Part shown: positions 1 to 8,337 of the stretch, piece after piece | How positions within the stretch are numbered: the first letter of the stretch is position 1 | Layout of the letters: each line of letters starts with the position of its first letter | Assembly (NCBI GenBank): GCA_934102355.1 | Contig: CAKOSO010000001.1 | Location: 229,620-293,619 of the forward strand | DNA length: 64,000 nt | Source of the DNA: an uncultured Bacilli bacterium | Lineage (GTDB): Bacteria > Bacillota_I > Bacilli_A > RF39 > UBA660 | Direction: 5' to 3' | Program-made: the position numbers and the translations under genes | The notes under the pieces: generated by a model | Told to the model about the DNA's origin: nothing | The model's database searches: none | What the model saw: only the letters and a program-made list of their open reading frames with translations

Positions 1-94
1 TAAGTAATTATCTTCTCTTGATTTAACTATAATTAAACTATCTTCATTATGAGATCTTACAATACCAGTATCCGTCAAATAAAATGTCTTCACT

Positions 95-1114
95 TTATTC
101 CTCCTTTTTAGCTCTTAACTGCCCGCACGCAGCAGAGATCTTACTGCCAAACTCTCTCCTTATTGTTACATTCATACCTTCTTTTTTAATTATATCATAA
201 AACTTTAAAATAGTATCTTTTTTACTTCTTTTATACAAAATATTACTTGATTCATTATATGGAATTAAATTAATATAACAATTCATTCCTTTTAAAAGAT
301 GAACAAGTTCTTTTGCACAAGAAGGAGAATCATTAATTCCATCTAACATTATATATTCAAAAGTAACTCTACGATTAGTTTTTGAAATATATTCCTTTAT
401 GCAAGGTATTAAAACATCAAGAGAATAAACTTTATCAACAGGCATTAATTCTTTTCTTAAATTATCATTTGGAGCATGAAGAGATATAGCTAGATTCACC
501 TGAAAAGGAAGTTCACTAAATTCTTTAATCTTAGGAACAATACCACATGTAGAAACAGTAATATGTCTAGAACCTAAATTAAGAGCTTTGTGATAATTTG
601 CGATCGTAATAAATTTAACAACATTACCATAATTATCAAAAGGTTCTCCAATACCCATAATAACAACATGTGTAATTCTTTTACTAATTAGCTTCTCAAT
701 AGTCATTATCTGAAGTAACATTTCAGAAGCATATAAATTTCTAACTTTTTTTAATCTTCCACTTTCACAAAAAGTACACCCCATATTACATCCAACTTGA
801 CTAGAAATACATAAACTTAAACCATAGTCATGATACATTAAAACAGCTTCTATATGGTTTTTATCATAAAGCTCAAATAAGTATTTACTTACATCAACAT
901 CATTTTGAGTTTTAATTATAGAAGGTCTTTCAATACTAAATTCATCACTAAGTTTTTTCTGTAAATCAGAAGATAAATTAGACATCAAATAAAAAGAGTC
1001 AACTCGCTTATCATATAACCACTCAAATATCTGTGTAGCACGAAACTTTTTTTCACCAATACTAATTAAGTATTCCGCTAACTCACCAATTGTCATATCA
1101 TATATACTTTTCAT
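95..1114 (-). CDS. rlmN: 23S rRNA m2A2503 / tRNA m2A37 methyltransferase RlmN (radical SAM)
   Basis: 339 aa with the CNMGCTFC radical-SAM Cys triad, the GIGEP motif and an RlmN/Cfr-family C-terminus. AGGAG RBS upstream of the ATG at 1114. Confidence 0.85.
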   Translation of the reverse strand: MKSIYDMTIGELAEYLISIGEKKFRATQIFEWLYDKRVDSFYLMSNLSSDLQKKLSDEFSIERPSIIKTQNDVDVSKYLFELYDKNHIEAVLMYHDYGLSLCISSQVGCNMGCTFCESGRLKKVRNLYASEMLLQIMTIEKLISKRITHVVIMGIGEPFDNYGNVVKFITIANYHKALNLGSRHITVSTCGIVPKIKEFSELPFQVNLAISLHAPNDNLRKELMPVDKVYSLDVLIPCIKEYISKTNRRVTFEYIMLDGINDSPSCAKELVHLLKGMNCYINLIPYNESSNILYKRSKKDTILKFYDIIKKEGMNVTIRREFGSKISAACGQLRAKKEE

Positions 1115-1189
1115 AATAAACTCCTAATAAAATTATATATTAAGTTTAAACAAAAAGAAAGAAAAAATAAAAAAGAAAAAACTAGAAAA

Positions 1190-1828
1190 CTAGTTTTGTA
1201 TATTCAAAGATAATTTCATTATATTATATATAATTTCATGCTTTTTATTAAAATCATTTTTTATACTATAAACAAGATCCTCATAAGCTTTTTTAATATC
1301 ACAGCAATCAACTCCAAAATACTCAAAATAATAATATGACAATTTATCACTAAAATTAAATCTATACAAATAATCTATTTCTTTAAGTAAAAAACTTCTT
1401 ACTGCTTTTTCATATCTTGTTAAATTCTCAAAAGAATATCTTTTCTTTATAATTTGGTAATTTAAATCTGTAAATTCCAATCTATCAATATGATCAATTA
1501 TATCTTGTTCTTCATCAATCAAAAGCCTAGATACTAAGGTTTTATTAGGTAAATACTTTACACCGATTACCATTTTACCATCACTAAATAAGTTAACATA
1601 TCTTATATAATCTTTATCATCATACAACTTTGTTTTACCATCAACTATTTCTAAAAATGATTTATCAATAATTATATCATTTTCTAATATATCAATTAAT
1701 GTATCAGTTTTTACTTTAAACAAAGGTACTTTCTTTATATATTTAATATCATCATTATCATTCCATTCAAAAAATTCATATGGATAATCTAAAAAGTTAA
1801 GTAAAATATCGTATATATATGCCATCAT
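1190..1828 (-). CDS. hypothetical protein (acidic, no recognisable domain)
   Basis: 212-aa ORF with a strong AAGGAGAA RBS before the ATG at 1828. No motif I can place. Confidence 0.5.
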   Translation of the reverse strand: MMAYIYDILLNFLDYPYEFFEWNDNDDIKYIKKVPLFKVKTDTLIDILENDIIIDKSFLEIVDGKTKLYDDKDYIRYVNLFSDGKMVIGVKYLPNKTLVSRLLIDEEQDIIDHIDRLEFTDLNYQIIKKRYSFENLTRYEKAVRSFLLKEIDYLYRFNFSDKLSYYYFEYFGVDCCDIKKAYEDLVYSIKNDFNKKHEIIYNIMKLSLNIQN

Positions 1829-1922
1829 TTTCTCCTTATATTTTTAGTATATACAAAGTATTTTTTTTAATGTATTGATATATTTTATTTTTAAAAGTAT
1901 AATTTAGAATAGAGGTGTTAAT

Positions 1923-2741
1923 ATGATAGACAAAACAATAAAACTATTACAATATATATTCTTAGGAATAGTTCAAGGATTTACAGAACCAATACCAGTA
2001 TCATCAAGTGGACACTTAGTAATTATTAAAAATCTAATTAAAGCTGATGCACTAAATGATTTAAACTTTGAAATAATAGTAAATTTTGGATCTTTACTTG
2101 CAATTGTATTCTTTTATAGAAAAACAATAATAAAAGTTATAAAAGACTTCTTCTTATATATAAAAACTAAAAAAGAAGAATATAAAACTAATTTCAAATA
2201 TTGTCTTTTAATTGTGGTAGCAACAATACCCGCAGGAATTGTTGGATTACTATTTAAAGATAAAATAGAAATGCTAGCGGGAAATCTAAAAATAATTGGA
2301 ATTGCACTACTAATAACTGCTTTAGCACTATTTGTAGTAAGGAAAATAGACGGACACAAAACTGAAAAAGATATAACATTCTGGGATGCAATAAAAATTG
2401 GTCTTTTTCAAACAGTTGCGCTATTTCCAGGAATATCAAGAAGTGGTTCAACAATAGTTGGAGGATTATTAAGTGATCTTAAAAAAGATACAGCAGTAAC
2501 ATTTTCATTTATGCTATACATTCCAATAAGCCTAGCAACAATGGCTCTCGGTGTAAAAGACTTAATTACAACACCAAATGTAAGCGATCTATTATTACCA
2601 TATTTACTTGGCATGATAGCATCAACAATAGTAACTTACTTCTCAATCAGATTATTTATTGATATTATAAAGAAAAAGAAATTAATTTACTTTGTAATAT
2701 ATTGTTTAATAGTAGGTACATTAGTACTAATATTTATGTAA
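1923..2741 (+). CDS. uppP: undecaprenyl-diphosphatase UppP/BacA
   Basis: 272 aa, polytopic, with the conserved PVSSSGH and SRSGSTI motifs of BacA/UppP. AGAGGTG RBS. Confidence 0.85.
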   Translation: MIDKTIKLLQYIFLGIVQGFTEPIPVSSSGHLVIIKNLIKADALNDLNFEIIVNFGSLLAIVFFYRKTIIKVIKDFFLYIKTKKEEYKTNFKYCLLIVVATIPAGIVGLLFKDKIEMLAGNLKIIGIALLITALALFVVRKIDGHKTEKDITFWDAIKIGLFQTVALFPGISRSGSTIVGGLLSDLKKDTAVTFSFMLYIPISLATMALGVKDLITTPNVSDLLLPYLLGMIASTIVTYFSIRLFIDIIKKKKLIYFVIYCLIVGTLVLIFM

Positions 2742-2759
2742 AAGTGCGAAAAGCTCTTT

Positions 2760-3614
2760 TTATTTTTTTGAAATTTGTTTTGTATTATCTACATACTCAT
2801 ATTCTAAATTATTAAAAGTAGATACTGCAGATCGTTTAGTTTCCTTTTCATACAAATCTCTTGCACCTTTTGCTACCCCTCCACCACGTCTTGCCACTTC
2901 AAGATTTTCTTTCAATCCCTTTGGTTTCTTTTCACGTGCAATATCTCTTGTAGTAATTTCACCAATATTACTTAAAGCAACTTCAATATCTGTCATATTA
3001 TCTCTTAATGATTCTTTTCTAAGCCCTTTATACGTTTTATACTCATCAGCCTTCATTCCACACCAGGTTTTATAAATTTCATTTGTTAACATTCCATATT
3101 CATAATTTTCATTAATTCCACCTTCTTTCCATATATCTGTTAATTTTTTACGATTAAGAATTCCTTTTAATCTTATACTAATCCAATCATCCGAATAACC
3201 TTTTTTACGATAATAATCAATAGCTCTATTAATTGCCTTTTCAGGATCAAAAACCTCATCAATTCGTTCTTTACCCAAGGAAGCTAACCACATTTTAAAT
3301 GGCTCAGCCTTAGGACTAGGAACAGATTCAATTAACCTAAATATTCCCTTCGTATCCAAAGTATCAGTAAGATAACTTTTACCATCCTTTTTTGATTTCA
3401 TTTTAAGTTGCACGATATTTTCGTGCAACTGACTTCCTTCTTCTGACAATTTTCTTTTTAAATCGCTCCAATAATTTCTTGGTATGTTAGAACCAGTCAA
3501 AGCACCAATAACATCAACCACACTAAAATAATAATCTTCCTTCTTGCTATCCCAAACACTTCTTATTTCACTACCTTCAAATAAATTAGAAATTGTTTTT
3601 AATTTGTTATTCAT
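2760..3614 (-). CDS. Bro-N domain protein (phage antirepressor / DNA-damage-inducible-protein-D-like N-terminus)
   Basis: The N-terminus FEGSEIRSVW...YYFSVVDVIGALTGS matches the Bro-N fold pattern. Strong GGGAGG RBS. Two TTACCAATT copies lie immediately upstream. Confidence 0.55.
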   Translation of the reverse strand: MNNKLKTISNLFEGSEIRSVWDSKKEDYYFSVVDVIGALTGSNIPRNYWSDLKRKLSEEGSQLHENIVQLKMKSKKDGKSYLTDTLDTKGIFRLIESVPSPKAEPFKMWLASLGKERIDEVFDPEKAINRAIDYYRKKGYSDDWISIRLKGILNRKKLTDIWKEGGINENYEYGMLTNEIYKTWCGMKADEYKTYKGLRKESLRDNMTDIEVALSNIGEITTRDIAREKKPKGLKENLEVARRGGGVAKGARDLYEKETKRSAVSTFNNLEYEYVDNTKQISKK

Positions 3615-3638
3615 ATAAAAATCCTCCCTTCAAAATAA

Positions 3639-3888
3639 TTACCAATTTTTACCAATTTATATTTTTAAAACAATTCAAATAATTTTTTCCTACATAATCT
3701 CACTCACCTTTCATATTAATTATTTTAAAAAAAAGGAAGAAATACCTGCTGGAAAAAATTACCAATTTAAACAATAAATAACAAATCAACTAATTTCCAT
3801 TTTTTACCAATTAAAAATATAATCAAATAAAAAATTTCCAAGTTTTACCAAAAATATAATTAAAATAAACTGGAAAATTTTACCAATT
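3639..3888. repeat. cluster of six TTACCAA(T/A)T motif copies
   Basis: Copies at 3639-3647, 3649-3657, 3759-3767, 3804-3812, 3845-3853 and 3880-3888. The first two are phased 10 bp apart. A longer unit CTGGAAAA(A/T)(A/T)TTACCAATT occurs twice. Confidence 0.7.
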
Positions 3889-3896
3889 ATAATAAA

Positions 3897-3929
3897 ATAA
3901 AAAAACTAATAAGTTTTTCCTTATTAGTT
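3897..3929 (-). terminator. rho-independent terminator of the serpin gene (bidirectional-looking)
   Basis: Perfect 10-bp stem AACTAATAAG/CTTATTAGTT with a TTTTTC loop, flanked by A/T runs, 10 nt downstream of the stop at 3940. Confidence 0.6.
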
Positions 3930-3939
3930 CTAAAAAATT

Positions 3940-4998
3940 TTATTTTTGAAACTTAGTTATATCATCAACAAGCAATGCAAAATATGGAACATCTCTATCT
4001 TTTTCTTTTAAGAAAAGTGCAAAAGTACTATCAACATCAAAATGTCTAACTTCATTTTCCACAATAGACATTTTCATTATATCAGCAGCGGCTTCACTCT
4101 TAATTCTTCCCCCTTTTTCATCCAAAGAAAAACTAATAGTTTGAATAGCTTTTTCAATAATAGCTGTACCATTATAAGTCTTAAATTCTTTATTTTCCAA
4201 TTCGTAGAATTCTTTTTTAATATTAAAATCAATCATTGGAGCTTTAAAAGAATCAACATCATTAAAATTCCTATCACCATTATATGCCTTTGTTTTAGAC
4301 ATCATATTATTATATATTTCATTAAAAGTTTCACCAGTTGGATTCTTATAAAAAATAACCTCATCATTATCTTTAGTAATTAATTTAACTGCAAAATCAT
4401 CACTAGAATTATAAAATAAAACTTTTATTTGATTAAAAACTTCACTATTACTTTTAGAATTAACGCCAAAATATTTTATATTCTTATATTCACCAAAAGA
4501 AGATTTATCTAAAATACTAAATTTAGTATTATATTGAAATTCCCTATAAAGCATTGTATAAAAGAAATACCTTTCTACATTATCACTAGTTAAAGCATCA
4601 TCACTCCAATCAATAGAATCTAAAATATCACTTTCCTGATTAAACTTATCTTTTATAGCTTTTTCTATTTCATTTTTAAGCTTTATTGTCTTAGGTCCAT
4701 AAGTTTTATAGTAATAAGAATCACTAATCATTGATTCATTAAAACTCTCCTTATTAAGATTTTTCACCATTTCTATCTGAGGAGCAAACACTATATCTTG
4801 CTTTACAACTTCATTTTTCATATCATTCCACACTAATTGAAAAGTAGAACACCAACTTGTATTAGAAGAAACCTTATCGTCTAAAGTTGGCACAACATTA
4901 ACTGAAGAAGAAAAAGAAATACTCTTTTTATTAAAAAATAAAACTAATACAATAACCAAACAAAATAATATAATAATTACAATCTTACCTTTTTTCAT
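3940..4998 (-). CDS. serpin-family serine protease inhibitor, signal-anchored/secreted
   Basis: 352 aa with an N-terminal hydrophobic anchor. The C-terminus LDEKGGRIKSEAAADIMKMSIVENEVRHFDVDSTFALFLKE...PYFALLVDDI aligns with the serpin hinge, reactive-centre loop and PF.F.I...P.F.G.V core (compare alpha-1-antitrypsin [37 protein letters not shown]). Confidence 0.6.
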   Translation of the reverse strand: MKKGKIVIIILFCLVIVLVLFFNKKSISFSSSVNVVPTLDDKVSSNTSWCSTFQLVWNDMKNEVVKQDIVFAPQIEMVKNLNKESFNESMISDSYYYKTYGPKTIKLKNEIEKAIKDKFNQESDILDSIDWSDDALTSDNVERYFFYTMLYREFQYNTKFSILDKSSFGEYKNIKYFGVNSKSNSEVFNQIKVLFYNSSDDFAVKLITKDNDEVIFYKNPTGETFNEIYNNMMSKTKAYNGDRNFNDVDSFKAPMIDFNIKKEFYELENKEFKTYNGTAIIEKAIQTISFSLDEKGGRIKSEAAADIMKMSIVENEVRHFDVDSTFALFLKEKDRDVPYFALLVDDITKFQK

Positions 4999-5054
4999 AT
5001 ACCCTCCAAAACTATTATAACCACATTATAACAAAAAAATTATAAAATGCAAAA

Positions 5055-5082
5055 TTACAAAAATTACCAATTTTTACCAATT
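5055..5082. repeat. TTACCAATTTTTACCAATT tandem motif (two copies 10 bp apart, plus a degenerate third)
   Basis: Identical 19-mer to 3639-3657. Located in the promoter region of the serpin gene. Confidence 0.7.
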
Positions 5083-5091
5083 ATCATTAAA

Positions 5092-5120
5092 AAGAAAACC
5101 ACTCAAATTTAATTGAGCGG
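5092..5120 (-). terminator. putative terminator after the DUF1292 gene
   Basis: Imperfect hairpin CCACTCAA/TTGAGCGG followed by a T-rich tract on the minus strand. Confidence 0.4.
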
Positions 5121-5125
5121 CCAAA

Positions 5126-5383
5126 TTATTCTTTTTCAATTTCCTCAAGATTCTTTAAAAACATTGGTAAAAGAACATTTAAAAGTTCTAAATCTGCTAC
5201 CCTATCCAATAACCCGGTCTGATAGTTAGCACACAATACTTCAAAATTTCCATCAACATCTGATTCATCTTTTGTCAAACCACAAACATATAAATACTCA
5301 GATCCTTCATGAATCAAAGATGTAAGTACTACCTGTTTACTACCATCATCAAAGGTAATTATATCATCTGTTTTAAAGCTCAT
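5126..5383 (-). CDS. DUF1292-family small acidic protein
   Basis: 85 aa. The pattern DIITFDDGSKQVV...EYLYV...DGNFEVL matches DUF1292 (~90 aa, Firmicutes). Confidence 0.5.
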   Translation of the reverse strand: MSFKTDDIITFDDGSKQVVLTSLIHEGSEYLYVCGLTKDESDVDGNFEVLCANYQTGLLDRVADLELLNVLLPMFLKNLEEIEKE

Positions 5384-5425
5384 AAAATTCCCCTTTCATT
5401 CTTCTTTTTATTCTTTAAATCTTAA

Positions 5426-6322
5426 TTATTTAGTTTTTCCTTTTCTACCATCATAGATCTGTTTAACAACATAACTTGCTAAACCAACCATACCAACAAG
5501 TACTAACCATTGTGGTGCTAATATTGCAGACATTCCAGCTGCACCTACTGCTGCACCAATTAAACCATATTGTAATTTAGTTTTTGGTAAAATTTTAGAA
5601 ATATTTCTTTTAACAAATCCAGGTTTATTTTCAACTGATGTTGGTTTCTTACTTTCTGTATCTTCGTTTTCTTGTTTTTCTTCATCACTTTTTGACTTTT
5701 CATCAGATTTTTTTAAAATCTCATCTTTACTAAAATCATCATTTTGAGGTTCATCTTTTTTCTCATCAGAATTATTTTTAAATGCATATGATGGTTTTGT
5801 TTTATCTTCAGCAACAGGATCTTTATCCACTTTTGCTTCTTTTTCTTTATCAGCCTTTAAAGCATCAAAATCAAGTCCAGATTCTCTAAATAATTGTTCA
5901 GATAATGAACTTGAATAGCTCAAAGTTTGAGCATATAAAGCTCTTTGTTTTGATATTTCACCTTTAGCATATTCATTATTAGGATTATTCTTTAATTCTT
6001 CTTGTAAGAACATAATATTTCTTTCATAGAAATCATTCATTTTAGTTTTTTCAGCAATCTTTTCTTGAACTTTCTTACATTCTTCTATTTTTTTAATTAA
6101 ATTATCTCTATTATCCATAGCATTTTTAATAAGAGTTAAGTCAGTATCAGTTCTTTCTGCACCGCTCTTATTCATAGTATCTTTAAATAGATCTTCACAA
6201 TATTTATTAGCTCTTACTAATGAATCTTCATAATGTTTAATAATTAAATCGTATTTTTCATTATTATTAGCTAATTTCTTAGAATATGTTTCCTTATATA
6301 ATTCGAATTCTTTATTATTCAT
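5426..6322 (-). CDS. coiled-coil protein with a C-terminal transmembrane tail anchor
   Basis: Start reassigned to the ATG at 6322 (MNNKEF...), which is preceded by an AAGGGAGTGG RBS. Long charged coiled-coil region and a C-terminal hydrophobic segment GLIGAAVGAAGMSAILAPQWLVLVGMVGLASYVV. Confidence 0.5.
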   Translation of the reverse strand: MNNKEFELYKETYSKKLANNNEKYDLIIKHYEDSLVRANKYCEDLFKDTMNKSGAERTDTDLTLIKNAMDNRDNLIKKIEECKKVQEKIAEKTKMNDFYERNIMFLQEELKNNPNNEYAKGEISKQRALYAQTLSYSSSLSEQLFRESGLDFDALKADKEKEAKVDKDPVAEDKTKPSYAFKNNSDEKKDEPQNDDFSKDEILKKSDEKSKSDEEKQENEDTESKKPTSVENKPGFVKRNISKILPKTKLQYGLIGAAVGAAGMSAILAPQWLVLVGMVGLASYVVKQIYDGRKGKTK

Positions 6323-6348
6323 AAAATCCACTCCCTTTAACGGCACAT

Positions 6349-6377
6349 ATTATAACATAATCAACACACTTTGTCAA
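6349..6377 (-). promoter_or_regulatory. consensus sigma-A promoter for the 6322/DUF1292 operon
   Basis: Minus-strand TTGACA (6372-6377), 17-nt spacer, TATAAT (6349-6354). TSS about 20 nt upstream of the RBS. Confidence 0.6.
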
Positions 6378-6441
6378 TCTATTGTCATTATACAATAAAA
6401 AATATTAAAAATAAATAATAAAAACAATATTTTCTTTTATT

Positions 6442-7233
6442 TTACATAATATTTTCTTCTGCTATTAACACATTTACCTTTTTAGAAACAATAGTACAAG
6501 CATCAATCATTATAACTTTACCATCTTTTCTTTTTAAAATTGAAAAATCATTTTTCTTTCCAACACCGTACATAAATCTTATATCACTTGTATTAAAATG
6601 ACCAACAACAACCGTTTTTTTAGTATTTTTAATTTTTCTACCAAAAAAACTACCATCATCCCAAAGAAGAACTTCCCAATCAATATCTGGTTTTCTAAAA
6701 TCATCACAAAAACCATCTATTGATGCATGAGTAAAAATATAATTTTCTGTTTCATAATAATAATAAAAACTTTTAATCCAATCTAAAAGATCAGGATACA
6801 TCTTATTTATCAAATCACTAACACACATATTCCATGCTTTAAATACTTTAGTTTTAGAACTATTAACAAAAGACTTGCTATTATAGTAATCTTCTAAAGT
6901 ACCCTTGTTATTTAAAAAACTATAAATAGTAGTTTTTAAACCATTATTATTAAAATTAAATAGATTATCAACCTTACAAGGATTTTCCAAAAAATCAATT
7001 AAAAATTGATCATGATTTCCTCTTAAAACTATAGCTTTTTCTTCATCAGTTAATCTTTTTAACCAAATATATATTTCTTTATTCTCTAGTCCTCTATCAA
7101 AGATATCACCAAGAACTAACAATAAATTATTATTATCATTTTCGTCATATCCAGCATCTTTTAAAGAATCAATAGTAATTTTATAATGTCCATGAAGATC
7201 AGATATAACAAACAACTTCTTTATGTTTTTCAT
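6442..7233 (-). CDS. metallophosphoesterase (PrpE/ApaH-like Ser/Thr or bis-nucleosyl phosphatase)
   Basis: DLHGH, GDIFDRG and GNHD motifs. Start at the ATG at 7233 (MKNIKK), preceded by an AGGAG RBS; the longer ORF-track start lacks an RBS. Confidence 0.7.
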   Translation of the reverse strand: MKNIKKLFVISDLHGHYKITIDSLKDAGYDENDNNNLLLVLGDIFDRGLENKEIYIWLKRLTDEEKAIVLRGNHDQFLIDFLENPCKVDNLFNFNNNGLKTTIYSFLNNKGTLEDYYNSKSFVNSSKTKVFKAWNMCVSDLINKMYPDLLDWIKSFYYYYETENYIFTHASIDGFCDDFRKPDIDWEVLLWDDGSFFGRKIKNTKKTVVVGHFNTSDIRFMYGVGKKNDFSILKRKDGKVIMIDACTIVSKKVNVLIAEENIM

Positions 7234-7264
7234 ATTACTGCTCCTAAAATAAATTATATAATAA

Positions 7265-7389
7265 TTACCATAAAAAAGCGATAAAAATAAATCAATAAAA
7301 TAATCAAATTGGTAATTTTTACCAAAAATACAATAAAACAAAAAACGTAAAACTTTTCCAATATAATAAATTGGAAAATATTGGAAATT
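7265..7389. repeat. motif cluster including the palindrome TTGGTAAtttTTACCAA (7309-7325)
   Basis: TTACCAT at 7265-7271; perfect 7-3-7 inverted repeat at 7309-7325; TTGGAAAATATTGGAAATT at 7371-7389. Confidence 0.65.
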
Positions 7390-7409
7390 ATTATAATTAA
7401 ATAATCAAA

Positions 7410-7441
7410 CAAAAAAATCACATATTTTTAAAATATGTGAT
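7410..7441 (-). terminator. rho-independent terminator of the 7475-8167 gene
   Basis: Hairpin ATCACATATTTTTAAAATATGTGAT with flanking A7/T runs. Confidence 0.6.
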
Positions 7442-7474
7442 TTAACCTAATTACAACAAATAGTAAAAATACTA

Positions 7475-8167
7475 TTATTTATTTCTTTTTCTAATTTTTG
7501 CAATATAACCATCAAAATCTTTTTCCATTGATTTTTTTGCTTTCAACGCATTTTGCTTTTCAAGTTCCTTTTTATTTTGTTCTTCTAAATAACGCAAACC
7601 ATTCCTATAAAGATTATCCCTAATCCTAGCCATATTCTTTTGATAATAAGATATATCTTTATCTAAGAATGTAGAGATATCATCTATCACATCCTGTTTT
7701 GAAACTCTTACTCTTTTATAATAATTTAATTCAAATTTAGGATAATCATCTTTCTCTCCATCATTAATAATTTCACCAGTTATAACATCAATCATTTCTC
7801 CATTTTTATACTGGGCATATATACGAAGCGGTTTACTCACATTTTCAAATATATTATCTTGCGTTGCTTTTCCCCAACTATCAGGTTTATGATTGTCTCT
7901 TAAATACAAATTATAAAAAGCCCCTTCTACTTTATTTTCTTTTTTTTCTGGTTTAATAACCTGTGGCTTTACCTTTCCAGATAAAACCTTTTGCCATTCA
8001 TTTTCAATCTTTTTATAAAGATTTTCATCGAATTTTTTCAAACTTTCTCTTTCTTCAGGTGTTGCAAACGAAATTTTTATCCCATCAGCTGTTATATAAT
8101 CAACACTAGAAACAACTTCTCCATCTTCCATTACTTTTTTCACATAAAAAACTATATCCTTATACAT
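7475..8167 (-). CDS. hypothetical protein (charged, no recognisable domain)
   Basis: 230-aa ORF with a GGAGGAG RBS before the ATG at 8167. Confidence 0.45.
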   Translation of the reverse strand: MYKDIVFYVKKVMEDGEVVSSVDYITADGIKISFATPEERESLKKFDENLYKKIENEWQKVLSGKVKPQVIKPEKKENKVEGAFYNLYLRDNHKPDSWGKATQDNIFENVSKPLRIYAQYKNGEMIDVITGEIINDGEKDDYPKFELNYYKRVRVSKQDVIDDISTFLDKDISYYQKNMARIRDNLYRNGLRYLEEQNKKELEKQNALKAKKSMEKDFDGYIAKIRKRNK

Positions 8168-8266
8168 AACTTCTCCTCCTTATAAACTAAACAACCCCTA
8201 TTATATAGTAAAATATTAAAAAATCAACATTAATATACAAAATATCAATTAATCAAACCATAATAA

Positions 8267-8276
8267 TTTTACCAAT
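8267..8276. repeat. single TTTTACCAAT copy
   Basis: Upstream of the 7475-8167 gene. Same motif family. Confidence 0.4.
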
Positions 8277-8311
8277 AACATACCTTATCAAACAATACAA
8301 TTTAACCACAC

Positions 8312-8337
8312 AAAAAAGCGTCTTATTAAACGCCTTT
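8312..8337 (-). terminator. terminator at the 3' end of the T4SS-like operon
   Basis: GCGTCTT...AAACGC hairpin abutting the stop codon at 8337, with an A6 run (T-run on minus). Confidence 0.45.

Noticed and set aside
2114-2614. Three minus-strand ORFs (81, 66, 68 aa) inside uppP
   Set aside because: They are antisense to a well-supported polytopic uppP CDS, have no RBS, and have AT-rich low-complexity translations. Shadow ORFs.
3639-3657. Interpretation of TTGGTAAAAATTGGTAA (minus-strand reading) as a sigma-54 -24/-12 promoter
   Set aside because: The GG-N10-GG spacing fits, but the -12 element lacks the conserved GC. No sigma-54 or enhancer-binding-protein gene is in the window. The direct-repeat reading is simpler.
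4042-4383. 113-aa plus-strand ORF inside the serpin gene
   Set aside because: Antisense to a coherent serpin alignment. Phe/Ile-rich composition artefact.
6323-6346. Longer N-terminal extension (MPLKGVDF) of the 5426 gene
   Set aside because: The extension is just the translated AAGGGAGTGG RBS region. The ATG at 6322 has the RBS and promoter spacing.
7991-8185. Several short plus-strand ORFs antisense to the 7475, VirB4, VirB6 and other genes (7991-8185, 9514-9702, 11513-11722, 11782-12069, 12416-12813, 13667-14502)
   Set aside because: All lie opposite strong sense ORFs. The 11782-12069 one is merely the Pro/Ala-rich reflection of the Gly/Ala-rich tail of the VirB6-like gene.
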